Below are positions 47,392-58,475 of a DNA stretch of 64,000 nt, piece after piece (within the stretch, counting starts at the first letter, position 1; the number at the start of each line of letters is the position of its first letter). The notes under the pieces were generated by a model. That model did no database searches, was not told the DNA's origin, and worked only from the letters and a program-made list of their open reading frames with translations. This DNA comes from Candidatus Tenderia sp. (GTDB taxonomy: Bacteria > Pseudomonadota > Gammaproteobacteria > Tenderiales > Tenderiaceae), in NCBI GenBank assembly GCA_031416075.1, contig JANOSY010000085.1:1-64000 (forward strand), given 5' to 3'. Position numbers and translations under genes: made by a program.

Positions 47392-50036
47392 TTTGTCAGA
47401 TAGCTGCTTAATGTCTGTTTTAATGTGGCAAGTAGTTCGCGGTTGGTGACGGGCTGTCCGTTATTGTCAACGATGAAAAAGACATCTTCAACCCGTTCAC
47501 CCACGGTGCAGATTTTGGCATTTTGCAGGTCGATATCACACTCCATCAAGGTTCTGCCAACCGCTGATAGTATGCCGGGACGATCGGCAGTAATTAACTC
47601 CATGATGGTGCGTTGGTTACGAAGATCCTGATCGAAGTTGATCTGTGTGGGGGTATGAAAATGTTTTAATTGCCGGGCGCTACGGCGTTCGATTTTTTTA
47701 TCGATGAACTGGGGGTGGCTTAGTTCGCGTTTGAGTTGAGCTAGAATATCTTCAATGCGATGACGACTGCTGATGGTGGCACCATTCTCTTCGAGTACCA
47801 CATAGGTATCGAAGGTGTAATCTTTATCCGAGGTGATGATACGGGCATCCACCACGGTCAGCCCGAGCTGATCGAGGCTGCGGGTGGCGACGGCAAAGAG
47901 GTGGTTGGCGTAGGGCATGTGAATAAAGATTTCGGTACCGCCACGCTCGGCCTCCTGCTGTACCAGTATCAGCGGAAAATTGCGTGCGCTGTTTAAAATA
48001 ATCGCCTCGCTATGCCAGGCGATCTGTTCGGCATTGTGGCGTAAAAAATAGTCTTCAGGCAGGCTGTTCCAGAGTTTTGTGATAGCGTCGCTGTTGATGT
48101 TGGCGCTGTTGAGTTTTTTGAGGGCGCTCTCTTTGGTCTCATTGATCAATTCACTGTGATCAATAGGGTTTTCTAACCCGCGCCTGAGGACGCGCACTGT
48201 GGCTTGGTATAGATCAAAGAGTAGGGCATCTTTCCAGCTGTTCCAGAGTGTTTTGTTGGTGCCGCGAATATCCGCCACGGTCAGCAGGTAGAGATGATCG
48301 AGACGGTTTTTATCACCCATCTGTGCGGCAAAGTGTGCAACTATCTCCGGATCACTAATATCTTTGCGTTGGGCGGTGCTGGACATCAGCAGGTGATTTT
48401 TAACCAGCCACGCGACCAGCCGTGCATCGTGGTTGCTCAGGCTGTGCTGTTGGCAAAACTCCAGTGCATCGTGAGACCCCAGTTCAGAATGGTCACCACC
48501 ACGCCCTTTGGCGATATCGTGGAACACTCCGCCCAGATAGAGTAGCTCCAGTTTAGGGATTTTTTTGATTAGTTGGCTGCAATAGGGAAGTTCGTCGTTG
48601 TGGGTATTGATGGTCATGCGGCGCAAATTGCGGAGGACCATGAGTGTATGTTCGTCGACTGTATATATATGGAACAGATCGTACTGCATCAACCCCACAA
48701 TTTTTCCAAACGGGGGCAGGTAGCAGGCCAGAATCCCGTAGCGATTCATGCGTCTGAGTTCATGGGTGACGCCGTGAGGTTGGCGAAATATTTCCATGAA
48801 CAGTGTGCGATTTCGTAGATCCTGGCGAAAGGTGTTGTCGATGAGGTTGCGATGTTTTCTGATGAGACGGATGGTGGCGGCGCGTACCCCTTTGATTTCG
48901 GGATGCTGCTGAATCAGGAGAAAAATTTCGAGCAGGGCAAAGGGATAGTTTTGAAAAACCTGTTTATGAGTCACCTCAATAAACCCTTTGCTGACCTGAA
49001 AGCGTTTATTGAGTGGCGTCGGGGTGTTAACGCCATCCTTGAGTAAAATGGCCTCCTGAAATAGTTGCAGCAACATTTCATTGAGACGATTCAGCTCCAT
49101 AATGGTGCGATAGTACTGTTTCATGAACTGTTCTACGGCCAGCACTGATTCATGGGTCTGGTAGCCAAACTGCTCTGCCAAGGTGCGTTGGTAGTCAAAT
49201 AGCAGTCGGTCCTCACGCCGTTTGGTCAATATGTGGAGTGCAAAACGTATCTTCCAGAGAAAATTCTGACCTTCTATCAGCTCGGCGTGCTCCGCCTCGG
49301 TGAGAAAACCGTGTTTGACGAGGTCGTGCAGGGTGGTGGCGTTGAAGTGACGTTTGGCGACCCAGCCAATCATTTGGATGTCACGCATGCCGCCCGGTCC
49401 CTCTTTGATGTTAGGCTCCAGATTGTAGGAGGTGTCATCAAATTTGCGGTGGCGCTGAATCTGCTCTTGCCATTTGGCCTCAAAAAAATCGCGGCTGGGC
49501 CAGATCTGGTCGGGCCCCGTTAGTTGGCGCATGGCAGTGAATAGTTCGACGGGGCCGGCGATAGGGCGCGATTCCATCAGGTTGGTAGCAATGGTGATGT
49601 CCAGGCTGGCCTGCTCAATACACTCCTGCAGGGAGCGCACGCTATGCCCCACCTCAAGACCAATGTCCCAGAGAAACATGACAAAAAGCTCTAGCGCAGC
49701 GCGGTAGTGGTCGTGTTTGTTGTCGCGCAGCAAGATCAGTATATCGATATCTGAACCGGGGTGGAGCTCGCCACGACCATAACCACCCACGGCAATCAGA
49801 GAGATATTGGGATCATTGGCCGTAAAATAGTCGCGCCAAGCGTGATATAGCAAACGGTCTATCAGCTGTGCTTGGAATGTCACCAGGTTTGTCGTGCTTT
49901 CACCGTTCAGGAAAAGATCTTTGATGCGCTCTTTGCTGTCGCGTAATGTTTCGCGAAACAGTTGCACAGTGGGCTGATCAGCCTTTAGTTGCGTTTCAAA
50001 CTGCTGTTCATCAAAGATCGCTGTCAGGGCGGTCAT
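47388..50036 (-). CDS. glnD: [Protein-PII] uridylyltransferase
   Basis: AVGGYGRGELHPGSDID, EPNIKEGPGG.RD, HDIAKGRGGDHS, C-terminal ACT domains; next to map. Confidence 0.98.
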   Translation of the reverse strand: MTALTAIFDEQQFETQLKADQPTVQLFRETLRDSKERIKDLFLNGESTTNLVTFQAQLIDRLLYHAWRDYFTANDPNISLIAVGGYGRGELHPGSDIDILILLRDNKHDHYRAALELFVMFLWDIGLEVGHSVRSLQECIEQASLDITIATNLMESRPIAGPVELFTAMRQLTGPDQIWPSRDFFEAKWQEQIQRHRKFDDTSYNLEPNIKEGPGGMRDIQMIGWVAKRHFNATTLHDLVKHGFLTEAEHAELIEGQNFLWKIRFALHILTKRREDRLLFDYQRTLAEQFGYQTHESVLAVEQFMKQYYRTIMELNRLNEMLLQLFQEAILLKDGVNTPTPLNKRFQVSKGFIEVTHKQVFQNYPFALLEIFLLIQQHPEIKGVRAATIRLIRKHRNLIDNTFRQDLRNRTLFMEIFRQPHGVTHELRRMNRYGILACYLPPFGKIVGLMQYDLFHIYTVDEHTLMVLRNLRRMTINTHNDELPYCSQLIKKIPKLELLYLGGVFHDIAKGRGGDHSELGSHDALEFCQQHSLSNHDARLVAWLVKNHLLMSSTAQRKDISDPEIVAHFAAQMGDKNRLDHLYLLTVADIRGTNKTLWNSWKDALLFDLYQATVRVLRRGLENPIDHSELINETKESALKKLNSANINSDAITKLWNSLPEDYFLRHNAEQIAWHSEAIILNSARNFPLILVQQEAERGGTEIFIHMPYANHLFAVATRSLDQLGLTVVDARIITSDKDYTFDTYVVLEENGATISSRHRIEDILAQLKRELSHPQFIDKKIERRSARQLKHFHTPTQINFDQDLRNQRTIMELITADRPGILSAVGRTLMECDIDLQNAKICTVGERVEDVFFIVDNNGQPVTNRELLATLKQTLSSYLTK

Positions 50037-50038
50037 GG

Positions 50039-50809
50039 TCAGGCAAAGGACTCTTCTGGACGCAGAGTCAGAATTTCATGGCCAGTCTCTGTGACCAGGA
50101 TGGTGTGCTCCCATTGTGCTGAAAGGCTGCGGTCCTTGGTGACAACGGTCCATTTGTCCGGCAGCAGCTTAACGTGGCGTTTGCCACTATTGATCATCGG
50201 TTCGATGGTGAATATCATGCCGGCGTGCAGCTCGACCCCGGTATTGGGGGTGCCATAATGTACAACCTGCGGCTCTTCGTGGAATTTACTGCCAATGCCA
50301 TGGCCGCAATACTCGCGCACCACGGATAGCCCAAGCCCCTCGGCGTACGTCTGGATCACATGGCCGATATCGCCCAGTCTGTTACCGGGTTTGACCATTG
50401 CTATACCTAGTTTGAGGCACTCGTAGCTAGCCTCGCAGACACGGCGCGCCAGTATGGATGGCTCACCTATGTAAAACATCTTGCTGGTATCACCGTGGTA
50501 GCCGTCTTTGATAACGGTAATATCGATATTCACAATGTCATTATTTTTCAATATCTTATCGCCAGGAATGCCGTGGCATACCTGATGATTGACGGAGGTG
50601 CATATGGATTTGGGAAAGCCATGGTAGTTAAGCGGTGCCGGTATCGCCTGCTGAACGTCAACAATATAGTTGTGACAGATCTGGTTAAGTTCGTCGGTTG
50701 TGACGCCTGGTTTGACGTGAGGTTCTATCATTGTCAGCACTTCTGCGGCCAAACGACCGGCAACGCGCATTTTTTCGATCTCTTCAGGGGTTTTTATCAT
50801 GCTGGTCAT
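50039..50809 (-). CDS. map: Methionine aminopeptidase type I
   Basis: CHGIP, DGYHGDTS, GHGIG..FHEEP, TIEPM, SAQWEHT. Confidence 0.98.
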   Translation of the reverse strand: MTSMIKTPEEIEKMRVAGRLAAEVLTMIEPHVKPGVTTDELNQICHNYIVDVQQAIPAPLNYHGFPKSICTSVNHQVCHGIPGDKILKNNDIVNIDITVIKDGYHGDTSKMFYIGEPSILARRVCEASYECLKLGIAMVKPGNRLGDIGHVIQTYAEGLGLSVVREYCGHGIGSKFHEEPQVVHYGTPNTGVELHAGMIFTIEPMINSGKRHVKLLPDKWTVVTKDRSLSAQWEHTILVTETGHEILTLRPEESFA

Positions 50810-50984
50810 AGGCAGGGTGTGTTCTTGAGTGGTGGTTATGGGCGTGTTCGACGCGATAGCCGGGCCAGTTACCCGGAGTGTTGATAAGATATTAACGTGT
50901 TTGCATCTCATTGTCAGCCATCGCTTTTTTCCAAAAACAGGGGGTTAACCCCAGGTTATGGAGATTGAGTCGGTCACCGGTTTA

Positions 50985-51000
50985 TGGTATAAAGCGCGCC
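50985..51000 (+). promoter_or_regulatory. rpsB promoter: extended -10 plus GC-rich discriminator
   Basis: TG-g-TATAAA-GCGCGCC, as in gammaproteobacterial rpsB promoters. Confidence 0.75.
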
Positions 51001-51049
51001 AACCAGCGGTAATTGCTGGTGTTTCAGGTGCCGACAATAGTCGGTAATT

Positions 51050-51130
51050 CGCACACACATCGACACAGTTGCCTGGGTGCCCCCGGATCTTCCGGCGGGT
51101 TGGCAACTGGGATGTGTGGAGGACCAACCC
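51050..51130 (+). ncRNA. t44 / rpsB leader (S2 autoregulatory RNA); boundaries approximate
   Basis: cacacacatcgacac...gggtgcc...tgggatgtgtggagg..aaccc in the rpsB 5' UTR. Confidence 0.75.
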
Positions 51131-51149
51131 ATACAAACTGGAGTTTTTA

Positions 51150-51950
51150 ATGTCTACTGTAACAATGCGTCAAATGTTGGAAGCGGGTGTTCACTTTGGT
51201 CACCAGACACGCTACTGGAACCCCAAAATGGGCCAGTATATCTTCGGTGATCGTAACCGCATCCACATCATCAACCTTGAAAAAACCTTGCCGATGTTCA
51301 ATGACGCCATGAATTTCCTGGGCAGCGTTGTCGCCAAGCGTGGCAAAGTTCTGTTTGTTGGCACCAAGCGCTCTGCTCAGGACATCATTCGTGAAGAGGC
51401 CCTCCGTTGTGGCATGCCGTATATCAACCATCGTTGGTTGGGCGGCATGCTGACTAACTTTAAAACCATTAAACAGTCAATCAAACGTTTGAAAGAGCTT
51501 GAGGCGATGGAGCTGGATGGTAGTTTTAACCGCTTCAATAAAAAAGAGCAGCTTACCCTGAGCCGCGAGATGATTAAGCTGGAGCGTAGTATTGGTGGTA
51601 TCAAAAACATGGATACACTGCCGGATGCAATCTTTTTGATTGACGTTGGCCATGAGAAGATTGCTATCCAAGAGTCCAAGACATTGGGCATCCCGGTTGT
51701 TGGTGTGGTTGATACTAATAATGACCCGCGTGTTGTTGACTATATCATTCCTGGTAATGATGACTCCGCACGTGCCATCTCTTTGTATGCTTGTGGTGTT
51801 GCCGATGCTGTCATTAATGCTCGTGGTGCTGATCTTGCCATCAATACGCCAGATGACTTTGTTGAAATGGATGATGAAAGCAAGGTTAAAACCAGTGTTA
51901 AAAAGCCTAAGAAAATCACTGAGGCAGTTGCTGGTGATGCGTCGGCTTAA
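51150..51950 (+). CDS. rpsB: 30S ribosomal protein S2
   Basis: [34 protein letters not shown]. Confidence 0.99.
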   Translation: MSTVTMRQMLEAGVHFGHQTRYWNPKMGQYIFGDRNRIHIINLEKTLPMFNDAMNFLGSVVAKRGKVLFVGTKRSAQDIIREEALRCGMPYINHRWLGGMLTNFKTIKQSIKRLKELEAMELDGSFNRFNKKEQLTLSREMIKLERSIGGIKNMDTLPDAIFLIDVGHEKIAIQESKTLGIPVVGVVDTNNDPRVVDYIIPGNDDSARAISLYACGVADAVINARGADLAINTPDDFVEMDDESKVKTSVKKPKKITEAVAGDASA

Positions 51951-52064
51951 ACTGGTTTTTATACGCTGAGTACATAGGCTGCCCCCTGTTATGAAACAGT
52001 CAGGGGCAGTCTCTCTTAGCTTTTTTGATGGTTTTATAAACGAATTTTAAGTGAGGTTGAGGCG

Positions 52065-52949
52065 ATGGAAATTACAGCAGCCCTAGTGAAAGAATTGCGT
52101 GAGCGTACTGGCTCCGGCATGATGGAATGTAAAAGAGCGTTGGTTGAAACCAATGGTGATATTGAAGTGGCCATTGAATTAATGCGTAAGGCCGGTCTGG
52201 CTCGGGCAGATAAAAAATCTGATCGTATCGCCGCTGAAGGTGCCATTATTGCTGCACGCAGTGCTGATGGTAAACAGGCCGTTCTGGTTGAAGTGAATTC
52301 TGAAACCGACTTTGTGGCCAAAGGTGATGCCTTCAAGGTGTTTTCTGATGAAGTTGTGCAGTGCGCGCTGGACAGCGGTGTGAGCACGGGTGAGGCGCTG
52401 TTGAACACCCCAGTCACCAAGGGTTCTGACCTAACGGTGGCCGACCGTACCAAGGAGCTGATTGCCAAAGTGGGTGAGAAGATCTCCGTACGTCGTATGT
52501 GCCGCGTTGAGTCTACAGGCGTTGTGGGTGCTTACCTGCACGGTACGCGTATCGGCGTTCTGGTGGGATTGGAAGGGGGTGACGAAGAGTTGGCACGTGA
52601 TATTGCCATGCACATTGCTGCCAGCAGACCCATCTGTATCAGTTCCGAGCAGGTTCCTGCCGAAGAGATTGCAAAAGAACGAGAAATTTTCATTGCTCAG
52701 GCAGCTGAAAGTGGCAAACCCGCTGACATCATCGAAAAAATGGTGGATGGGCGTATCGCCAAGTTCCTGAAGGAGATCACCCTTCTGGGGCAGCCATTTG
52801 TGAAAAATCCAGATCAGACGATCGAAAAGCTGTTGGCGTCCAAAGGGGCCAAAGTGGTCCGTTTTGAACGTATCGAAGCTGGTGAAGGTATTGAAAAGAA
52901 AGCGGAAGACTTCGTTGCTGAAGTAATGGCCCAAGCGAAAGGAGCCTAA
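52065..52949 (+). CDS. tsf: Elongation factor Ts
   Basis: [26 protein letters not shown]. Confidence 0.99.
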   Translation: MEITAALVKELRERTGSGMMECKRALVETNGDIEVAIELMRKAGLARADKKSDRIAAEGAIIAARSADGKQAVLVEVNSETDFVAKGDAFKVFSDEVVQCALDSGVSTGEALLNTPVTKGSDLTVADRTKELIAKVGEKISVRRMCRVESTGVVGAYLHGTRIGVLVGLEGGDEELARDIAMHIAASRPICISSEQVPAEEIAKEREIFIAQAAESGKPADIIEKMVDGRIAKFLKEITLLGQPFVKNPDQTIEKLLASKGAKVVRFERIEAGEGIEKKAEDFVAEVMAQAKGA

Positions 52950-52952
52950 CCT

Positions 52953-53693
52953 GTGAATAGTAGCGGCGCTAAATCTGGATATAAGCGGGTATTGCTTAAA
53001 CTGAGTGGCGAAGCACTGATGGGTGAGGGTCAATTTGGTATTGACCCTTACACCATTGACCGCATTGCGGGTGAGGTGAAAGAGCTGATTGGTGCGGGCA
53101 TCGAAATTGGCATGGTGATTGGTGGCGGCAATCTGTTTCGTGGTGCTGGTTTGGCAGAAGCAGGCATGGAGCGTGTCACAGGTGACCATATGGGCATGCT
53201 GGCGACGGTGATGAATGCGCTGGCCATGCAGGATGCCCTTGAGCATCACGGGATGTTTGCCCGCGTTATGTCAGCGATTAAAATCAATCAGATCTGTGAG
53301 GATTACATCCGTCGTCGTGCTGTGCGCCATCTTGAAAAAGGGCGTGTTGTGATTTTTGCTGCGGGTACTGGTAATCCATTTTTTACGACGGACTCCGCCG
53401 CCAGCCTGCGTGCGATTGAGATTAATGCTGATCTGCTGATTAAGGCAACCAAGGTTGACGGTGTCTATACCGCCGATCCCAAAAAAGACCCTAATGCTAC
53501 TCGTTACGATAGTTTGACTTATGATTCTGTGCTGGACCAGCGATTGATGGTCATGGATGCAACGGCGATTGTATTGTGCCGTGATCACGATATGCCGCTG
53601 TGTGTCCTCGATATCAATAAACCTGGTGCGCTTATGAGCGCTATTATGGGTGGCAAAGAGGGAACATTTGTTAGCAAGGGAGTTGAAGCATGA
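52953..53693 (+). CDS. pyrH: UMP kinase
   Basis: [29 protein letters not shown]. Confidence 0.99.
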   Translation: MNSSGAKSGYKRVLLKLSGEALMGEGQFGIDPYTIDRIAGEVKELIGAGIEIGMVIGGGNLFRGAGLAEAGMERVTGDHMGMLATVMNALAMQDALEHHGMFARVMSAIKINQICEDYIRRRAVRHLEKGRVVIFAAGTGNPFFTTDSAASLRAIEINADLLIKATKVDGVYTADPKKDPNATRYDSLTYDSVLDQRLMVMDATAIVLCRDHDMPLCVLDINKPGALMSAIMGGKEGTFVSKGVEA

Positions 53694-54247
53694 TTGAAGA
53701 TCTCAAAAAAGATGCAGTTGCACGTATGGGCAAGAGCATTGAGACCTTGAAGGATGAGATGTCCAAAATCAGAACTGGACGTGCCCATGTGAGCTTGTTG
53801 GACCAGATAAAAATTAATTATTACGGTAACGAAGTGCCGCTGGCTCAGGCAGCCACAGTCTCTGTATCGGATGCCAGAACGTTGTCAGTGCAGCCGTGGG
53901 AAAAAGCGATGATTCCTGTGGTTGAAAAAGCGATTTTGAGTTCAGGGCTGGGTTTGAATCCGGTGACCTCAGGTCCGGTGATTCGTGTGCCTCTGCCCTC
54001 GTTGACCGAAGAGCGCCGCAAAGACATGATCAAGATTGTTCGTGCTGAAGCGGAAGGTGCAAAAGTAGCGATTCGTAACATCCGCCGTGATGTGAATGGC
54101 GACTTTAAGGCGCTCTTGAAAGATAAAGATATTACTGAAGATGATTGTCGCGGTGCCGAGGATGCAATTCAGAAATCTACTGATAAATATATTGCTGAAG
54201 TGGATCAGGTGCTGGCGGCAAAAGAGAAGGATCTGTTGGAAATCTAA
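53690..54247 (+). CDS. frr: Ribosome recycling factor
   Basis: [26 protein letters not shown]. Confidence 0.99.
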   Translation: MIEDLKKDAVARMGKSIETLKDEMSKIRTGRAHVSLLDQIKINYYGNEVPLAQAATVSVSDARTLSVQPWEKAMIPVVEKAILSSGLGLNPVTSGPVIRVPLPSLTEERRKDMIKIVRAEAEGAKVAIRNIRRDVNGDFKALLKDKDITEDDCRGAEDAIQKSTDKYIAEVDQVLAAKEKDLLEI

Positions 54248-54259
54248 GCCGCAGTTGAG

Positions 54260-54283
54260 AGGGAGCGCATGCGCTCCCTTTTT
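54260..54283 (+). terminator. Rho-independent terminator after frr
   Basis: agggagcgcatgcgctccct followed by a T run. Confidence 0.75.
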
Positions 54284-54325
54284 AAATTCAGGCGTGGCCC
54301 AAGCGGTAATTCACATAAAATAACA

Positions 54326-55090
54326 ATGATGGCCGAAGATAAGCAGAAAGACGAATATCATGGAACAGTCCCTCGCCATGTCGCCATTATTATGGATGGC
54401 AATGGCCGTTGGGCAAAGAAGCGTCTGATGCCTCGTATCGCGGGGCATCGTGCTGGAGTTGATTCGGTACGTGCTATTGTTCAGCGCTGTGGTGAAGTGG
54501 GCGTCAGTGCACTGACACTGTTTGCCTTCAGCAGTGAAAACTGGCGTCGCCCCGAAAGCGAAGTAGGTTTGTTGATGGAGTTGTTTCTGGTGGCGCTGCA
54601 ACGTGAGAGCAAAAAGCTGGATCAGAACAATGTTCGCTTGCGTGTGATTGGTGATCGCAGCCGCTTCTCTGAGAAACTGCAGCAGGAAATTGTTAATGCT
54701 GAGTGTCTGACGGCGGACAATAGCGGGCTGGTGCTCTCTGTGGCGGCTAACTACGGTGGTCGCTGGGATATTGCACAGGCTGCTCGTCAGGTTGCCGAGC
54801 AGGTCAAGGCGGGCTCGATTGAACCTGCCGCAGTTGATGAGGCGTTGTTGGGACAGTACATGACGTTGGCCGCGCTACCTGAGCCAGATCTTTTTATTCG
54901 CACCGGCGGTGAGCAACGTATCAGCAATTTTTTGCTCTGGCAGTTGGCTTATTCGGAACTCTTTTTTACTGACACCCTCTGGCCCGATTTCAAGCAGGAT
55001 GCGTTTGATCTGGCACTGCAGTCATTTACCAGCAGGCAGCGCCGTTTTGGTCGCACTGGCGATCAGGTGGAGGAGAATAAACGTGCTTAA
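54326..55090 (+). CDS. uppS: Undecaprenyl diphosphate synthase
   Basis: HVAIIMDGNGRWA, FSSENWRRP, RTGGEQRISNFLLWQ. Confidence 0.98.
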   Translation: MMAEDKQKDEYHGTVPRHVAIIMDGNGRWAKKRLMPRIAGHRAGVDSVRAIVQRCGEVGVSALTLFAFSSENWRRPESEVGLLMELFLVALQRESKKLDQNNVRLRVIGDRSRFSEKLQQEIVNAECLTADNSGLVLSVAANYGGRWDIAQAARQVAEQVKAGSIEPAAVDEALLGQYMTLAALPEPDLFIRTGGEQRISNFLLWQLAYSELFFTDTLWPDFKQDAFDLALQSFTSRQRRFGRTGDQVEENKRA

Positions 55091-55913
55091 ACAGCGCCTT
55101 CTTACCGCGGCTATTCTTATTCCCCTGGTGGTTTGGGGCATTCTTTTTCTCTCCACATCAATCATTAGTTGGATATTGGCCCTATTTGTATTGGTGGGTG
55201 GTTGGGAGTGGGCACGCCTGATCGGTTTTACTGCTCCAGTGACACGAATAGCCTATGCACTGTTCGTTGCTATGGCTCTCTGGTTAACACAGCTGTTTGT
55301 GAGCAGTCTTGAGTCGGCTGCTTTGATTATATTGCTGCTCTCAGGGCTATGGTGGTTGGTGGGGAGTAGCATGGTCTTCCGTTACCGTGGTGAAGTGGGT
55401 CTAAATGGTCGTGCCCGCTTTTTTGGCAGTTTTATCGGTCTTTTAGTGCTGGTGCCCACTTGGTTGGCACTGGTTCATCTGCATGGCTACTCATCACATG
55501 GGCCAGCACTGGTGCTGTTTTTGATGGTGCTGATTTGGGGGGCTGATAGCGGTGCCTATTTTGTCGGTCGCAAATGGGGCAAACGTAAACTGGCACCCTA
55601 TGTAAGTCCTGGCAAATCGATTGAGGGTGTGGCTGGAGGTGCGGTCACTTCGGTGCTGATTGCTGTAATTGGTATGGTGCTGCTTGATATGCCGCTGGCA
55701 AGTGCCCTATGGTTTATCCCGCTCTGTTTTGTGGTGATACTCTTTTCGGTGATGGGTGATCTTTTTGAAAGCCTGTTTAAACGCCGTGCGGGTGTTAAAG
55801 ATAGTGGCCAGTTATTGCCAGGCCATGGTGGTGTGCTTGATCGCATTGATAGTCTGACCACGGCGGCACCGATCTTTACACTGGGGTTGATTCTGTTGGG
55901 TGGAGTGGAATGA
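55083..55913 (+). CDS. cdsA: Phosphatidate cytidylyltransferase
   Basis: [40 protein letters not shown] start at 55083. Confidence 0.97.
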   Translation: MLKQRLLTAAILIPLVVWGILFLSTSIISWILALFVLVGGWEWARLIGFTAPVTRIAYALFVAMALWLTQLFVSSLESAALIILLLSGLWWLVGSSMVFRYRGEVGLNGRARFFGSFIGLLVLVPTWLALVHLHGYSSHGPALVLFLMVLIWGADSGAYFVGRKWGKRKLAPYVSPGKSIEGVAGGAVTSVLIAVIGMVLLDMPLASALWFIPLCFVVILFSVMGDLFESLFKRRAGVKDSGQLLPGHGGVLDRIDSLTTAAPIFTLGLILLGGVE

Positions 55914-57088
55914 TTGGCGTCACTGTATTGGGGGCGACGGGTTCGATAGGCGTCAGCACTCTGGACGTGATTGCGCGCCATCCAGATGTATATAAGGTAG
56001 TGGCACTGACGGCAAATCGCGATGTTGCCAGGATGTTTGAGCAGTGCCAGATGTTTACGCCACGTTACGCGGTTATGGTGGACGAACAGGCCGCTGAGTT
56101 ATTGGCAACGCAGTTAAAAAATAGTGGCAATGAGACACAGGTGCTTGCTGGCATGGCAGGCTTGATTACAGTGGCAACGTTGCCTGAGGCGGAGTGTGTG
56201 ATGGCCGCTATTGTTGGTGCCGCAGGGTTGTTACCGACGTTGGCGGCGGCGGAGGCAGGTAAACGTATCTTGCTGGCCAACAAAGAGGCGCTCGTTCTAT
56301 CTGGCAATATCTTTATGGACACTGTCCAAAAACATGGCGCGCTGTTGTTGCCGGTGGATAGTGAGCACAACGCAATTTTTCAGTGTTTGCCACACGATTA
56401 TGCCGGTGACATAACACAGGCGGGAATTTGTCAGATTCTTTTAACCGCCTCTGGTGGCCCGTTTCGAACCCGCGCCCTTGAAGAGCTTGTTGATGTTACC
56501 CCCGCTGAGGCGTGCGCCCACCCTAACTGGGAGATGGGTCGTAAAATTTCAGTCGACTCTGCCACGATGATGAATAAGGGGCTGGAGGTGATTGAGGCGC
56601 GCTGGCTCTTTAATCTTGAACCAGAGCAGATCCAGGTGGTCATACACCCCCAGAGCGTTGTCCATTCAATGGTTGAGTATGTGGATGGTTCGGTATTAGC
56701 TCAGTTAGGCAGCCCCGATATGCGCACCCCTATCGCCAGTGCATTGGCGTGGCCAAAACGAATTGATGCTGGTGTGCAGCGGCTGAATCTCTTTAAAGTG
56801 GCACATCTTGATTTTTCAGAGCCAGACTTTAACCGTTTTCCATGCCTACGCCTGGCTTATGAGGCGTTGGCAGAGGGGGGTACAGCAACTGCGACACTTA
56901 ATGCGGCCAATGAGGTAGCGGTGGAAGCATTTCTTAATGGGGAGTTGTGCTTTACGGCTATTGCTGATGTGGTAAGGAAAACATTAAACAATATCAGTTC
57001 GGTTAAAGCAGAGTGCATTGATACTGTGTTGGATGCTGACCGTGAAGCCCGCCTGTATGCTAGGCATTTGATTCACCAAGCTGGTTAG
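55910..57088 (+). CDS. dxr: 1-deoxy-D-xylulose-5-phosphate reductoisomerase
   Basis: [37 protein letters not shown]. Confidence 0.99.
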   Translation: MIGVTVLGATGSIGVSTLDVIARHPDVYKVVALTANRDVARMFEQCQMFTPRYAVMVDEQAAELLATQLKNSGNETQVLAGMAGLITVATLPEAECVMAAIVGAAGLLPTLAAAEAGKRILLANKEALVLSGNIFMDTVQKHGALLLPVDSEHNAIFQCLPHDYAGDITQAGICQILLTASGGPFRTRALEELVDVTPAEACAHPNWEMGRKISVDSATMMNKGLEVIEARWLFNLEPEQIQVVIHPQSVVHSMVEYVDGSVLAQLGSPDMRTPIASALAWPKRIDAGVQRLNLFKVAHLDFSEPDFNRFPCLRLAYEALAEGGTATATLNAANEVAVEAFLNGELCFTAIADVVRKTLNNISSVKAECIDTVLDADREARLYARHLIHQAG

Positions 57089-57093
57089 GTGGC

Positions 57094-58461
57094 ATGATAA
57101 CTGTACTATCATCAGTTTTTTTCTTCATCCTGGCGCTGGCCATTCTCATCACAGTGCATGAGTTTGGCCACTATTGGGTGGCGCGCAAACTCGGCGTTAA
57201 GGTGTTGCGTTTTTCTATCGGTTTTGGCAAACCGCTTTGGCGTAAAGTAGGTGGCCCTGATAATACAGAGTATGTTGTTGCAGCCATTCCGTTGGGCGGT
57301 TATGTGCGTATGTTGGATGAGCGGGAAGGGGATGTTGCACCTGAGGAGCAGCATCGTGCATTTAACCGTCAGTCGTTGGCCAGACGGTTTGCCATTGTTG
57401 TTGCTGGCCCGGTGTTTAATTTTATTCTTGCCATTGCCGCTTACTGGCTCATCTTTGTGATGGGCACTGTTGGTATGAAGCCGATTGTTGGTGCGGTAAC
57501 GGCGGATTCTATTGCCGCTCAGGCAGGATTGTCACAGGGGGATGAGATCGTCTCTGTGGCAGGTAAACGTACATTTACCTGGGAAAATGTTGTGGTGGGT
57601 ATGCTTGAGTCAGCCCTGGACTCAGGCGAGATTGTGCTTAAGGTGAAGCCATCTGCGGATAGCGCTGAAGTTGAACACCGTTTTCAGTTTGCCACGATCC
57701 CTGATGATCTTAATCGGGGTGGTTTCCTTGATCAGATCGGTATGCGTCCATATCGTCCGGCCATGCCCCCCGCCATTGGTGAGTTGTCCCCTGAAGGCGC
57801 TGCATCTGACGCGGGTATGCAGGTGGGGGATCTGATTATCTCTGCTGATGGGGTGGCAGTAACCGATTGGGAAGAGTGGGTTAGCTATGTGCGTGCCCGC
57901 CCAGACAAAGCAATTGCAGTGATTGTGATGCGTGATGGTGCGCAGGTTGCACTTTCACTGACGCCAGCCGCACTCACCAGCAGAGAGGGGAAGATTGGTA
58001 AAATTGGCGCGGGGGTTGTTTTGCAGCAGATGCCTGCAGAGTTGGTGGCCCATATACAATACGGCCCGCTGGACTCGCTGGTTAATGCTACAGCCAAGAC
58101 ATGGGACATGTCGGTATTAACGTTAAACATGTTGGGCAAGATGGTTGTGGGTGATGTGGCACTCTCTAACCTTAGTGGTCCAATCAGCATTGCCCGTTAT
58201 GCGGGTTATTCGGCCAGTATTGGGTTTATTTCGTTTCTAACATTTCTGGCAATTATCAGCATCAGCCTTGGCGTGTTAAATCTCCTGCCTATCCCAATGC
58301 TGGATGGTGGCCACTTGATGTACTATTTGATTGAGATGGTGAAGGGGTCGGCAGTGTCAGAAAGGACGCAAATATTTGGACAGAAGATTGGTATCGCGAT
58401 GCTATTAGGTTTGATGGTAGTTGCGTTTTATAATGACATTCTACGTCTTTTAGTTAAATAA
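57094..58461 (+). CDS. rseP: RIP metalloprotease RseP
   Basis: HEFGH, two PDZ regions, NLLPIPMLDGG. Confidence 0.98.
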   Translation: MITVLSSVFFFILALAILITVHEFGHYWVARKLGVKVLRFSIGFGKPLWRKVGGPDNTEYVVAAIPLGGYVRMLDEREGDVAPEEQHRAFNRQSLARRFAIVVAGPVFNFILAIAAYWLIFVMGTVGMKPIVGAVTADSIAAQAGLSQGDEIVSVAGKRTFTWENVVVGMLESALDSGEIVLKVKPSADSAEVEHRFQFATIPDDLNRGGFLDQIGMRPYRPAMPPAIGELSPEGAASDAGMQVGDLIISADGVAVTDWEEWVSYVRARPDKAIAVIVMRDGAQVALSLTPAALTSREGKIGKIGAGVVLQQMPAELVAHIQYGPLDSLVNATAKTWDMSVLTLNMLGKMVVGDVALSNLSGPISIARYAGYSASIGFISFLTFLAIISISLGVLNLLPIPMLDGGHLMYYLIEMVKGSAVSERTQIFGQKIGIAMLLGLMVVAFYNDILRLLVK

Positions 58462-58475
58462 CAGGGTCGTGAAAG

